A DNA stretch of 64,000 bases from Candidatus Lustribacter sp. (GCA_965277805.1 OZ255842.1:2264894-2328893); one strand, 5' to 3'; positions 18,542 through 27,112 are shown, counted from the stretch's first letter. Numbers and translations are program-made. Notes: generated by a model not told the origin, from the letters alone.

Positions 18542-18559
18542 TTAAAACTGAATTTCGTT
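18542..18559 (+). promoter_or_regulatory. Copy R3 of the conserved AT-rich motif (reads TTAAAA-CTGA-ATTTCGTT on the plus strand)
   Basis: The reverse complement AACGAAATTCAGTTTTAA matches all 14 fixed positions of AACGAAAT-N4-TTTTAA seen at 60780 and 60864. It lies in the divergent region between the SBP operon and the RidA gene. Confidence 0.4.
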
Positions 18560-18593
18560 ATTCCTCCGAATTACCGTGACTGGAGAACGCGCG

Positions 18594-18998
18594 ATGTCAA
18601 CTACCAGCGCAAAAACGCTGATTCCCGGACCCGAGGGCAAAACGATCCGCGGCGGCAACTGCTACGGCGTCAAGGCCGGCGGCTTTCTCTTTCTGTCGGC
18701 CGTGCGCGGCACGTTGCCGAACGACGGCGGCGTGCCGTCCGATCTCGAGGAACAAGCGCGTCAGCTCTTCCGCAACATCCAAGACACGCTCAAGCAATCC
18801 GGTGCGACGATGGATCAGGTCGTCAAGATGGCTGTCTACATGATCGATCTTGAAAACGACCGTCCGGTCTTCAACAAGGCCTGGAAAGAGTTTTTCGGCG
18901 ATCAGCCGCCGGCGCGCTTCGCGGTCCAGGTGACGGGCATCGGCAATCCCGGCGACGGCAGCCGTTTCCTCTGTGACGTTACGGCGCTGGCTCCGTAG
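18594..18998 (+). CDS. RidA/YjgF/L-PSP-family enamine/imine deaminase-like protein
   Basis: The ATG at 18594 has GGAG 8 nt upstream. Family-typical sequence includes ..GGFLFLSAVRG.., QARQLFRNIQDTLKQSGATMDQVVKMAVYM and ..PARFAVQV... Confidence 0.85.
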   Translation: MSTTSAKTLIPGPEGKTIRGGNCYGVKAGGFLFLSAVRGTLPNDGGVPSDLEEQARQLFRNIQDTLKQSGATMDQVVKMAVYMIDLENDRPVFNKAWKEFFGDQPPARFAVQVTGIGNPGDGSRFLCDVTALAP

Positions 18999-19010
18999 CA
19001 ACGCGCAGGG

Positions 19011-20105
19011 CTAGAGCGTGAGCTGTGGCGTGACGCCGTGCTTCTTCATCTCCTCGAGCCAGAGCGCGTGGATACGCGGATCCTGATCCGCGTATTCGAT
19101 TTGCCCACCACCGTCGCGCACGCTGGTGGCGAGGGCGCCCTGCCCCTCGGCGTCACCTTGCGAGGAGAGCTGCGAATCAGTTAGCGGGTAGCGCACGTTG
19201 CTGACGCCCGCTGCAATGTAGCGCGAGGGGTAGTTGCTCGTTACGAAGTGCTGGTGGAACTGGCCCTCGATGGGCGGAAAGACGACCCCGGGCTTCCAAT
19301 CGACGCGCGTGAATTCGGTTTCGCCCGCGAACCACAGCAGCGAATACCCCGTACCCGTCACTGTGAAGACGTGCCGGCCGGCGCCGTGCCGGTGCGCTTT
19401 CTTGTACGTTCCCGCTTGGATTTCCGAACAGTGAACGTGCATGTTTCCGTCGGCCAGAATGAAAACGATATTGGACGATCCCGTGCCGCGCTCGTTCCAA
19501 GCGTGCAACTCGATCGACGCCAGATCAGGGATGAAATTCGTTTCCCAGAAATTCCAACCGGGGCGGCCGGTGAAGAGTTCGCCGCCGCCGTCGTAGTCTT
19601 TGTCCTCGCCGATGCGTGCGCGGAAAAAATGCGGGTTGTCGAAGATGAAGGCATCGTCGTGAAAGAGCTTCATCATCAGCGGCAGCGACGTCGTCGAGGC
19701 GATGACGGCCCGGTTCCTGCCGTCGCCGTTGTGCAGCCGGTACGTCGCGTTCAGCGGAATCGCAAACATGCTGTTGTGTTGCCATTCGAAGCTGTGTTTG
19801 CGCCCATTGGGAAACTCCACCTGAGCGCTGCCGCGGCCTGCCACGACGTACATCACCTCTTCGTAGAGATGGCGCTGCGGTTCGGTCGACGCCCCGGGCG
19901 GCAAATCGATCAGGAAAAGATTGCAGAAATCGCCGCGCCCGCGCAAATGCACCGCCGCCGCGTTGGCACCCAAACGCGGCCAGTGTTTGGTTTCCACGTC
20001 CAGCAACTCGCACGAGATGCCTTCGTGAACGATGAGACCCTCGCGCGCCACCCACTCATTGTACGGGTTGATCCCGACCCGCACGCTCTTGCCGTCCGTT
20101 GCCAT
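19011..20105 (-). CDS. Bicupin protein (gentisate 1,2-dioxygenase-like fold)
   Basis: 364 aa with two cupin barrels. Only the C-terminal barrel has a full His cluster (AHRHGAGRHV ... QFHQHF); the N-terminal barrel has PQRH. Its start shares one nt with the HyuA stop (TGATG at 20103-20107). Confidence 0.7.
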   Translation of the reverse strand: MATDGKSVRVGINPYNEWVAREGLIVHEGISCELLDVETKHWPRLGANAAAVHLRGRGDFCNLFLIDLPPGASTEPQRHLYEEVMYVVAGRGSAQVEFPNGRKHSFEWQHNSMFAIPLNATYRLHNGDGRNRAVIASTTSLPLMMKLFHDDAFIFDNPHFFRARIGEDKDYDGGGELFTGRPGWNFWETNFIPDLASIELHAWNERGTGSSNIVFILADGNMHVHCSEIQAGTYKKAHRHGAGRHVFTVTGTGYSLLWFAGETEFTRVDWKPGVVFPPIEGQFHQHFVTSNYPSRYIAAGVSNVRYPLTDSQLSSQGDAEGQGALATSVRDGGGQIEYADQDPRIHALWLEEMKKHGVTPQLTL

Positions 20106-22210
20106 CAGCGTTCGCGGATGATGACGTTGCCGCCGTCATCTCCGAGCGCCGTCTGATTCGGACCGATGACCACGGTGGTGCCGAAGAACTCGAGAATCGC
20201 CGGACCCTCGATCGGCACGCGGGCGGGCACAGCTTCACCGCGATAGATGGCCGTTGCGACCATCTCTTTCTCGAACATCACGTCGCGCGATCCGAGCAGC
20301 GCTTTCTGCAGCGTCGCGCCGGCCTCGCGATTCGAACCGGACGGCGCATGCAGCGATGGGATGCGGCCTTCGACGCGGAACGTGTTGACCTCGATGCCGG
20401 CCTCGGCGAGGCTCGTTCCTTGACCGTAGATCCGTTCGTAGCGCGCATAGAATTCCGGCACCAGGGCATCGAGGTCGCTGCGTTCGAGTATGCCGCCCGG
20501 AACGGGCACGGCAAGCTCGTGTACTTGGCGCCGGAAACGGAAGTACAGCGTGCGCTTGAGCACGAGGTGCGGGCTGTCGTGCATCGCTTCGCGGCAGCGC
20601 TGCTCGAGCGCTTCGAACGTGGCGTTGATGCGCGCCAGGTCGAGGTGCTCGGCGGCGTTGCGCGAGCCCGGCGGCGTGTGCTGCGGATCGCTGCGCTGGA
20701 AACTTCGAAAACGATCCGACGACACGGCTCCGAAACCCGAATGCACCGTTGCCGTGTGCGGCACGACGACGGTCCGGATGCCGGCCTCGCGCGCTATGGC
20801 ATAGCCGTGCGTCGGTCCCGCTCCGCCATAGGCGAACATCACGAAATCGCGCGGGTCGTAGCCCTGTTGAATCGTCACGGCGCGCACGAGGTCGGCCATC
20901 TGGTTTTCGGCCACGGCGCGAATACCTGACGCCGCTTCCAGCAACGAGAGGCCCAGCGGTTCGGCGATGTACTCGCGGATCGCTTGCTCGGCGAGCTCGC
21001 GATAGAGTGGAATGCGCCCGCCGAGAAAATATTTCGGATCGATGATGCCGAGCACGACGTCGGCGTCGGTCACGGTCGGCCGACTTCCGCCCGCGCCGTA
21101 GCACGCGGGTCCCGGCACGGCGCCGGCGCTTTCCGGTCCCACAATCAGCACGCCGTCGTCGTCGACCGAAGCGATGCTCCCGCCGCCTGCACCGATCGCG
21201 GTGATGCGAATGCGCGGCGAGGCGATGTGGTAATTGCCGGTGATGCTTTGCGTCGCGACGAGCGGTTCGCCGTCGACGATGAGCGCGGCATCGAAACTCG
21301 TGCCGCCCATGTCGCCGGTGATGACGTTGGGAAAGCCGAGCTTGCGGGCCAGCGCCGCCGATGCCAGCACGCCGCCGGCCGGACCGGAAACCATCAGCTC
21401 GACCGCCCGCGCTCCGGCCTCCGCCGCTTCGACCACGCCGCCGGCCGAGTCCATGACCGTGAAATCGCCATGAAAACCGTTCGCACGCAGCCGGTTTTCG
21501 AGCAACTCTACGTAGCGCCGAATGATCGGGCCTAGGTATGAGTTGACCACGGTCGTCACCGTGCGCTCGTACTCGCCGATCACCGGTGCGATTTCGCTCG
21601 AGAGCGTGATGAAGACGTCGGGGCACTCTTCGCGGATGATGCGCGCGGCCTGCTGCTCGTGATCGGGCCGCACGAACGCCCAGAGGAAGCAAATCGAGAC
21701 CGCGCCGATGCCTTCGTCGCGAATGCGCTTGGCCGCGGCACGAATCTGATCGGCCTGCAGCGGTACGATCTCATCACCTTCCCAATCGACGCGTTCATCG
21801 ATCTCGATGATGTCTTCGCGCGGCACGATCGGCAGCGGATTGCGGCGCTCGCTGTAGTGGTCGGAGCGATTACCGATTCCGGTCCACGAACCCATCGCCC
21901 GCTGGACGAAGATCGTTTCCCCAAAACCGCGCGTGGTAAGCAACAGCGTACGCTCGCCCTTGCGTTCGATGTAGGCGTTCGTCGCCGCGGTCGTCCCATG
22001 GGCGAAGTAGTCGACGCTGCCCGTAAATTCTTCGAGCGTCATTCCGAACTCGGCCGCCGCCAATTTGAAGCCTTCGATGACCGCGAGGCTGCGGTCTTGC
22101 GGCGTGGTCGGCACCTTGAAGAGGCGCAGCGCGCCGGCACCATCGAGCACCACCATATCGGTGAACGTGCCGCCGATATCGGTCCCGACGGCAAAACGAG
22201 AATCGGTCAT
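20105..22210 (-). CDS. Hydantoinase A/oxoprolinase (HyuA)-family ATPase subunit (paralogue 2, no adjacent HyuB)
   Basis: 701 aa starting MTDSRFAVGTDIGGTFTDMVV. It is about 80% identical by eye to 12371-14482 over the first 140 residues. It forms an ATGA overlap with the upstream LigB-like gene (22207-22210). Confidence 0.9.
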   Translation of the reverse strand: MTDSRFAVGTDIGGTFTDMVVLDGAGALRLFKVPTTPQDRSLAVIEGFKLAAAEFGMTLEEFTGSVDYFAHGTTAATNAYIERKGERTLLLTTRGFGETIFVQRAMGSWTGIGNRSDHYSERRNPLPIVPREDIIEIDERVDWEGDEIVPLQADQIRAAAKRIRDEGIGAVSICFLWAFVRPDHEQQAARIIREECPDVFITLSSEIAPVIGEYERTVTTVVNSYLGPIIRRYVELLENRLRANGFHGDFTVMDSAGGVVEAAEAGARAVELMVSGPAGGVLASAALARKLGFPNVITGDMGGTSFDAALIVDGEPLVATQSITGNYHIASPRIRITAIGAGGGSIASVDDDGVLIVGPESAGAVPGPACYGAGGSRPTVTDADVVLGIIDPKYFLGGRIPLYRELAEQAIREYIAEPLGLSLLEAASGIRAVAENQMADLVRAVTIQQGYDPRDFVMFAYGGAGPTHGYAIAREAGIRTVVVPHTATVHSGFGAVSSDRFRSFQRSDPQHTPPGSRNAAEHLDLARINATFEALEQRCREAMHDSPHLVLKRTLYFRFRRQVHELAVPVPGGILERSDLDALVPEFYARYERIYGQGTSLAEAGIEVNTFRVEGRIPSLHAPSGSNREAGATLQKALLGSRDVMFEKEMVATAIYRGEAVPARVPIEGPAILEFFGTTVVIGPNQTALGDDGGNVIIRER

Positions 22211-23286
22211 CGCACCCCTGCCAAGGCCGGCGGGAACACCGCAAACGCCTTGGTCGAATTGAAGATATAGGATTCGCAGAAGTCGGTGAAGCTTGGCACC
22301 TGACCGATTTCAGTCATCGCCCCGGCTAAGCAAATCCAGTTGAGCATCTCGTGCTGGCCCGAGCCTTCCAAATCGCTGATGCCGAGTTTGCCCCAATTCT
22401 CGATACGATTCGTCTTGAGTTCGTCGTAGTGGATGCGATCCGAGGCGATGTCGGGATAGAGGCGCTGATGCTTCTTGGTCAACGAGCCGTGCGACCAGCT
22501 CGAGCTCGCCACGAGCGCGACCCGGTAGGGGCTTTCTTTGAAGAACCGTGCGGTAATTTGCCCCACTTCGAAACAGCGGCGCGGGCTCGGCGCAGGCGGG
22601 CTCAGTTCGCCCGTGCCTTCGCCGACGAGCGAAGCCGACGTCGTCATCAGCTCGTTGCCGTAGCAGTTGACGTGAAACGGCACCAGTGGAAACGGAAAGC
22701 CTTGCTGGTCGTAGTCGAGATACAAAACCGAATTGGCAAACGAATGCGGCAAGCCGCGCTCGTAGCGCATCTGCATCGAGTAGGCAATGTCGACGCCTTG
22801 GTCGAGCAGATGGCGGGCCAGTTGCGTGCCGGCTTTCTTATGCGAGCGCACCGGGATCGTGTAGTCGGCCGGCAGCCCCCAGGCATTGGTGGCCGTGCGA
22901 AATGCGCCGGTTTCCAAATCGGCCAGCGGCTGACACTTCATGTCGTCGACAAGAAAGATGCAGAACGCAGGGATGCAGTCTTTCTTAAAGTTTTCGTACT
23001 GGTCGTCGCCCCACATGACGATGAAATCCGGCGCGAACGCGTCGAGTTCGGCACGCAAGCGGCGGTAGCCGGCGATCAGTTTCTCGTGGTGCTTGCGCGC
23101 GGCCGTCTGCCCGTCGTCTTGACCCCACTCCGTGCGCATCTCCTCGGGCCAACGGCTGCGGTCGTCAAAGAGGTCGCGCGGAATGCGCCCCCGCTCGACC
23201 TGCGTTTGAAGATGACGCGGCCAAAACTCCGCCGGTACGGCCGGGCCGGGATAGTGACTCAGGCCGAGCCCCAGAATTTCGCCCAT
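22207..23286 (-). CDS. LigB/MhpB-superfamily (class III extradiol dioxygenase subunit B-like) protein
   Basis: 359 aa with AGGAG 7 nt upstream. LGLSHYPG, WGDDQYENFKKDCIPAFCIF and SSSWSHGSL align with recalled MhpB segments LSHSP, APDHYNGFFYDVMPPFCLG and GSGGLSHQP. Confidence 0.75.
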   Translation of the reverse strand: MGEILGLGLSHYPGPAVPAEFWPRHLQTQVERGRIPRDLFDDRSRWPEEMRTEWGQDDGQTAARKHHEKLIAGYRRLRAELDAFAPDFIVMWGDDQYENFKKDCIPAFCIFLVDDMKCQPLADLETGAFRTATNAWGLPADYTIPVRSHKKAGTQLARHLLDQGVDIAYSMQMRYERGLPHSFANSVLYLDYDQQGFPFPLVPFHVNCYGNELMTTSASLVGEGTGELSPPAPSPRRCFEVGQITARFFKESPYRVALVASSSWSHGSLTKKHQRLYPDIASDRIHYDELKTNRIENWGKLGISDLEGSGQHEMLNWICLAGAMTEIGQVPSFTDFCESYIFNSTKAFAVFPPALAGVR

Positions 23287-23306
23287 CGAAGACTCCTACG
23301 CTGAAA

Positions 23307-23324
23307 GACAAAATTTGATTTTAA
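23307..23324 (+). promoter_or_regulatory. Copy R4 (degenerate) of the AACGAAAT-N4-TTTTAA motif
   Basis: GACAAAATTTGATTTTAA matches 12 of the 14 fixed positions. It lies between the candidate -10 box and the SD of the LigB-like gene. Confidence 0.3.
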
Positions 23325-23353
23325 TTGTAGAATCGACGCGGGCGCGGCGTCAA
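23324..23353 (-). promoter_or_regulatory. Candidate sigma70-type promoter of the LigB-like/HyuA/bicupin operon
   Basis: On the minus strand this reads TTGACG (23348-23353), an 18-nt spacer, then TACAAT (23324-23329). It sits about 38 nt upstream of the ATG at 23286, in the 75-bp gap after the IclR stop. Confidence 0.4.
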
Positions 23354-23361
23354 CCTGTCGC

Positions 23362-24159
23362 CTAGGCCGTGCCGAGCTCCTCGCTCACGCGGGCGGCGGC
23401 TTCTTGCAGTGCGCGGCCGATCTCGTTGGCCCGGCTCAATGAAAGATCGGAAGCAAACGCGAGCGCCGTGATGCAGCCGATCGGGTAGCCGTCCGGGTTG
23501 ATGATCGCCGCCGCGCTCGCGCGCATGCCCTCGACCCAGTCGCCGTCGTCGACGGCGTAGCCACGCTTACGAATCGCGGCTAGCTCCGCTATCAGCGCCT
23601 TCGGCTCAACGATGCTCTTGGATGTGCACGGTTCGAGACCGCGCGCAACGTAGCGCTCGACTTCCTTTGGATCGAGGCGCGCCAGGCTCGCACGTCCGGG
23701 TGCAACGCAGTGCGCCGGAATACGTGAGCCCGGGCGCAGCATCAGGATCAGCGGCCGCGTTCCCTCGACGCTGTCGAGGTACACGACGTTGCCGTCTTCG
23801 TAGCGCATCAGCACCATCGTATGTTCGTAGTCGTAAGCGAGACGGCGCAGATATGGTCCGGCGATGCGCCGGATCGGATAGTGCGCCATCGCTCGCGTCG
23901 CGAGCATCGGCAAAAGCGAGCCCAGCCGGTACGTTTCCGAGCCCGGCAGCCGGCTCAGCAAATCTTCTTCTTCCATCGTCTGAATGACGCGATGCGCCGT
24001 CGCCGGCGAGAGGTCCAAGCGATCGCTGATATCTTGAAGCGACAACGTCGGCTCGGCGAGACTGAACAGCTTGAGAATTTCCACCGCGCGCCGAACCGCC
24101 TGCGTGCGCCGATTGAAGCTCGGTTCGCGTACGCTTTTCTTCTTGGAGGGTGCGGCCAT
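23362..24159 (-). CDS. IclR-family transcriptional regulator
   Basis: 265 aa. The N-terminal wHTH reads AVRRAVEILKLFS..LSLQDISDRLDLSPATAHRVIQTMEEEDLL, followed by a C-terminal IclR effector domain pattern. Confidence 0.9.
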   Translation of the reverse strand: MAAPSKKKSVREPSFNRRTQAVRRAVEILKLFSLAEPTLSLQDISDRLDLSPATAHRVIQTMEEEDLLSRLPGSETYRLGSLLPMLATRAMAHYPIRRIAGPYLRRLAYDYEHTMVLMRYEDGNVVYLDSVEGTRPLILMLRPGSRIPAHCVAPGRASLARLDPKEVERYVARGLEPCTSKSIVEPKALIAELAAIRKRGYAVDDGDWVEGMRASAAAIINPDGYPIGCITALAFASDLSLSRANEIGRALQEAAARVSEELGTA

Positions 24160-24281
24160 TGCCGCCGTTCGTTCGCTATGCCGGGACGGGAACCTTGAGA
24201 TTGGAGAAACCCTATTGCGTTTGCACGACGCCCACTTGACGCAAGTTTGCAGCCGATGCTAGATTAAAATCGGCTTTTATA

Positions 24282-25217
24282 ATGAAACGCACCGACTTCG
24301 TCCGCGCTACATTGGCTTCGACCGCGGCCTTCAGTCCGGGCGCGCTGCGGGCGCAAACGATCGAGCACTTTCCGGCTGCCGCAACGGCAACCGAAGGCGA
24401 TGCGATCATCTGGCTCGGTCAGTCGCTCGGCTATTTCGCGCGCGCAGGCATCGCGCTCGATCTCGAAGCCATGAGTTCGGGCGAAGTGGCGGCGGCCGCG
24501 CTCGTCGCCGGCAAGATCGTGCTGTGCAGCATGAATTCGATGTCGCTCGCGGTCGCGCACCAGAACGGCATCGACATCAGGGTCATCGCGTGCGGCGGCC
24601 AATGGGTGCGCGGTCGCAATGGCACGCAGTTGATGGTGCTGAAAGATTCCCCGATCAATTCCGGCAGCGCGCTTAACGGAAAGACGTTCGCGATCAACGT
24701 TCTGCGTGGGTCAGCTCAAATCTCGACCCTGGCATGGATCGACGCTCACGGCGGCGACTCGAGAACGACGCACTGGATCGAGATCCCGTTCGCCGCGATG
24801 CAGGCCGCGCTGGAATCCGGGCGCATCGATGCGGCGCCGATTCCGCAGCCGTTTGCGACCACCGCACTCGCGACGTGCCGTTCGTTGGGTCTGCCGAACG
24901 ATGCCGTGGGCCCTAATTATCTGATCGGCGTGTATACCGCAATGAGCGCGTGGATCGCAGGCCATGCCGATGTCGCGCGCCGGATGCAATCCGCACTCTT
25001 CGCGTGCGCGCATTGGTATAACAACAATCCGGCGGCTTCGGTCGACGCCGTCGCTGCCATCACTAAACAAGAGCCTGTCCAAGTTGCCAACTCGACCCGT
25101 TCGTTCTTCGGCGAACGCCTCGGCCCGGATCTGCTTCAGCCGGTTATCGACGTCGGCGCAAAGTACGGCATCCTCAAAAGGCGGTTCGCCGCATCGGAGA
25201 TCATCGCCCAATTATGA
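24282..25217 (+). CDS. Secreted NMT1/SsuA-like substrate-binding protein
   Basis: 311 aa with signal-like N-terminus MKRTDFVRATLASTAAFSPGALRAQ. It has DSPINSGSALNGKTFAI..WIDAHGGDSRTTHWIEIP. Confidence 0.8.
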   Translation: MKRTDFVRATLASTAAFSPGALRAQTIEHFPAAATATEGDAIIWLGQSLGYFARAGIALDLEAMSSGEVAAAALVAGKIVLCSMNSMSLAVAHQNGIDIRVIACGGQWVRGRNGTQLMVLKDSPINSGSALNGKTFAINVLRGSAQISTLAWIDAHGGDSRTTHWIEIPFAAMQAALESGRIDAAPIPQPFATTALATCRSLGLPNDAVGPNYLIGVYTAMSAWIAGHADVARRMQSALFACAHWYNNNPAASVDAVAAITKQEPVQVANSTRSFFGERLGPDLLQPVIDVGAKYGILKRRFAASEIIAQL

Positions 25218-26176
25218 TCGGTAACGGCTGCATCGACGTCCATGCCCACGCGTTCAGCTCCGAGTATGTCCAACTGCTCGAGCAACTCGGTGCCCGGTCC
25301 GAGGTGATGTCGACGACGCGTAACGTCTTCTCGGCCTCACAGCAGGACGATGTTGCGCTCCGGCTCGCCGCGATGGACTGGGGCGGCGTCGAGCGCCAGG
25401 TGCTCTCGATGTCGGCGGCCACGCCGTACTTTGAAGACCTCGCCGCCGCGCAGCGCGCCGCGCGCTTCATCAACGACGAGCACGCCGAACTGTGCCGTCG
25501 CCATCCCGACCGCTTCTCGTTCTTCTGCGTGCTGCCGATGCCGCACGTCGACGCCTCGCTCGAGGAGCTGCGCCGCTGCATCGAGGAACTCGGCGCTGCG
25601 GGCGTCACGTTCACGACGCAGATCGGGGACCGCGCGCTCACGGATCCGGCGTTCACGGAGATCTTCGCCGAGCTCGACAGGCGCAGCGTGGTAACGTTCC
25701 TCCACCCACCCGGCCTTGCATGCGCATCTCCGGTCATTAAAAATAGCGGCCTGAGCTGGTCGCTCGGAGCGCCCATCGAAGATGCGGTCTGCGCGATGCA
25801 GCTGATGAACGCCGATTTCCCGCGCCGCTACCCGCAACTCAAAGTGATCCTGCCGCACCTCGGCGGCTTCATCGCGTTCTTGCGTTATCGCCTCGGACGC
25901 AGCGCCGATAAGACGATACCGTTGCCGGCCGACCAGATGCGCGCGTTTTGGTATGATACCGCCAACGGCGAGCCGGCGGCACTCCGCGCCTCGATCGAGT
26001 GCTATGGCCTCGAGCGGCTCGTTTTCGGCACGGACTATCCGTATTGGACGCCCGGCGCGGGCTACGAGCAGGCCGTGCACTACATCGAGCAAATCGGCCT
26101 GGGGCCCGCGGAGCTGGCCGCAATCCGTTACGGTAACGCGAAAAAGCTCTTCGGGCATGTGCTGGCAAGCAATTGA
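25214..26176 (+). CDS. Amidohydrolase_2-family metal-dependent hydrolase/decarboxylase (ACMSD/LigW-like)
   Basis: It forms an ATGA overlap with the upstream SBP. The CIDVHAHAF metal motif is at the N-terminus and FGTDYPYW lies near the C-terminus. Confidence 0.8.
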   Translation: MIGNGCIDVHAHAFSSEYVQLLEQLGARSEVMSTTRNVFSASQQDDVALRLAAMDWGGVERQVLSMSAATPYFEDLAAAQRAARFINDEHAELCRRHPDRFSFFCVLPMPHVDASLEELRRCIEELGAAGVTFTTQIGDRALTDPAFTEIFAELDRRSVVTFLHPPGLACASPVIKNSGLSWSLGAPIEDAVCAMQLMNADFPRRYPQLKVILPHLGGFIAFLRYRLGRSADKTIPLPADQMRAFWYDTANGEPAALRASIECYGLERLVFGTDYPYWTPGAGYEQAVHYIEQIGLGPAELAAIRYGNAKKLFGHVLASN

Positions 26177-26201
26177 GAGCCCTCGAAGCAGTGTTGTCGT
26201 C

Positions 26202-27086
26202 GTGAGCCGCCGGTTCGACGTCCCGTTTCCGCCGGACCCCAATCCCCGCAAGCCACGATTTCGCGTTCCGCCGGGCAGTTGGGACACACATTTCCACCTC
26301 TACGGGCCGCCCGACCGGTTTCCATATGCAGAGAACCGCGTGCGCACGCCGCCGGCGGCGCCGATCGAGCACTGGTGGAGCATGAGCGCCGCAATTGGAA
26401 TCTCCCGCGGAGTGACGGTCACGCCGGGCATTCATGGCTCGAACAACGACGCAACGCTCGACGCGATCGAGCGCTCGGACGGCCGCCTCGTCGGCATGAT
26501 CCGTGCCGATAGCGCACTCACCGCGCAAGATATTGCCCGGCTTCATAAGCGCGGCATCCGAGGCATGCGTTTTGCATTCGCCACGCACCGCACGAACTCG
26601 TTCGACGAAGCGCAGCTGCGCTTGAATCTCGCTCATATCGAGCCCTCGAGTTGGGTCGTCGCGTTCTTACTCGATGGCGGTGCGCTGGAACGCCATGCCG
26701 ACACGATCGCGAGCGTACCGCTGCCGGTCGTCATCGATGGATTCGCGGGCATTTTGCCCCGGCTCGGCGTCGACCAACCGATCCTACGGACGCTGCTCGA
26801 TCTGTTACGGCGTCCGAACGTTCATCTGAAGATCATGTGCCCCGACCGGGAGCTGCATGCCGGCGAGCGGTATGAAGATGTCGTCGCGCTCGTGCGAACG
26901 ATCGTGGCGAGCGCGCCGGACCGGATCATGTGGGGATCCGATTGGCCGCATTCGTATCTCTTCGAAGCCGGCAAGATTCCGAACGACGGTGATCTGCTGA
27001 GCATGCTGGCGGACTTTGCCCCCGACGAATCCGTACGCCGGAAGATCCTCGTCGACAATCCAACGCGGCTGTTCGACATCGGTTAG
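26202..27086 (+). CDS. Amidohydrolase_2-family hydrolase (2-pyrone-4,6-dicarboxylate hydrolase LigI-like)
   Basis: I chose the GTG at 26202 because the long ORF from 25953 overlaps the previous gene. Motifs are WDTHFHLYGP, HLKIM and WGSDWPH. Confidence 0.75.
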   Translation: MSRRFDVPFPPDPNPRKPRFRVPPGSWDTHFHLYGPPDRFPYAENRVRTPPAAPIEHWWSMSAAIGISRGVTVTPGIHGSNNDATLDAIERSDGRLVGMIRADSALTAQDIARLHKRGIRGMRFAFATHRTNSFDEAQLRLNLAHIEPSSWVVAFLLDGGALERHADTIASVPLPVVIDGFAGILPRLGVDQPILRTLLDLLRRPNVHLKIMCPDRELHAGERYEDVVALVRTIVASAPDRIMWGSDWPHSYLFEAGKIPNDGDLLSMLADFAPDESVRRKILVDNPTRLFDIG

Positions 27087-27112
27087 CCGGCCGTATCCAA
27101 AAGGCAGATAGC

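Noticed and set aside
18999-19010. Rho-independent terminators between convergent genes (18999-19010, 52448-52488, 28035-28057).
   Set aside because: The gaps are 12 and 41 bp, and the third pair overlaps. I found no GC-rich stem followed by a T-run, so no terminator is called.
1033-22210. Annotating the HyuA/HyuB genes simply as 5-oxoprolinase or N-methylhydantoinase.
   Set aside because: The fused acetone-carboxylase-gamma-like zinc ribbons, the 3:2 HyuB:HyuA count, the extra coupled proteins and the aromatic-catabolic neighbourhood do not fit the simple two-gene oxoprolinase or hydantoinase picture. The specific substrate cannot be deduced from sequence alone, so only the family is called.
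24278-24283. TATAAT hexamer just upstream of and overlapping the SBP start codon as a -10 box.
   Set aside because: It overlaps the ATG at 24282 itself, so it cannot serve as the promoter of that gene, and there is no suitably spaced -35 box.
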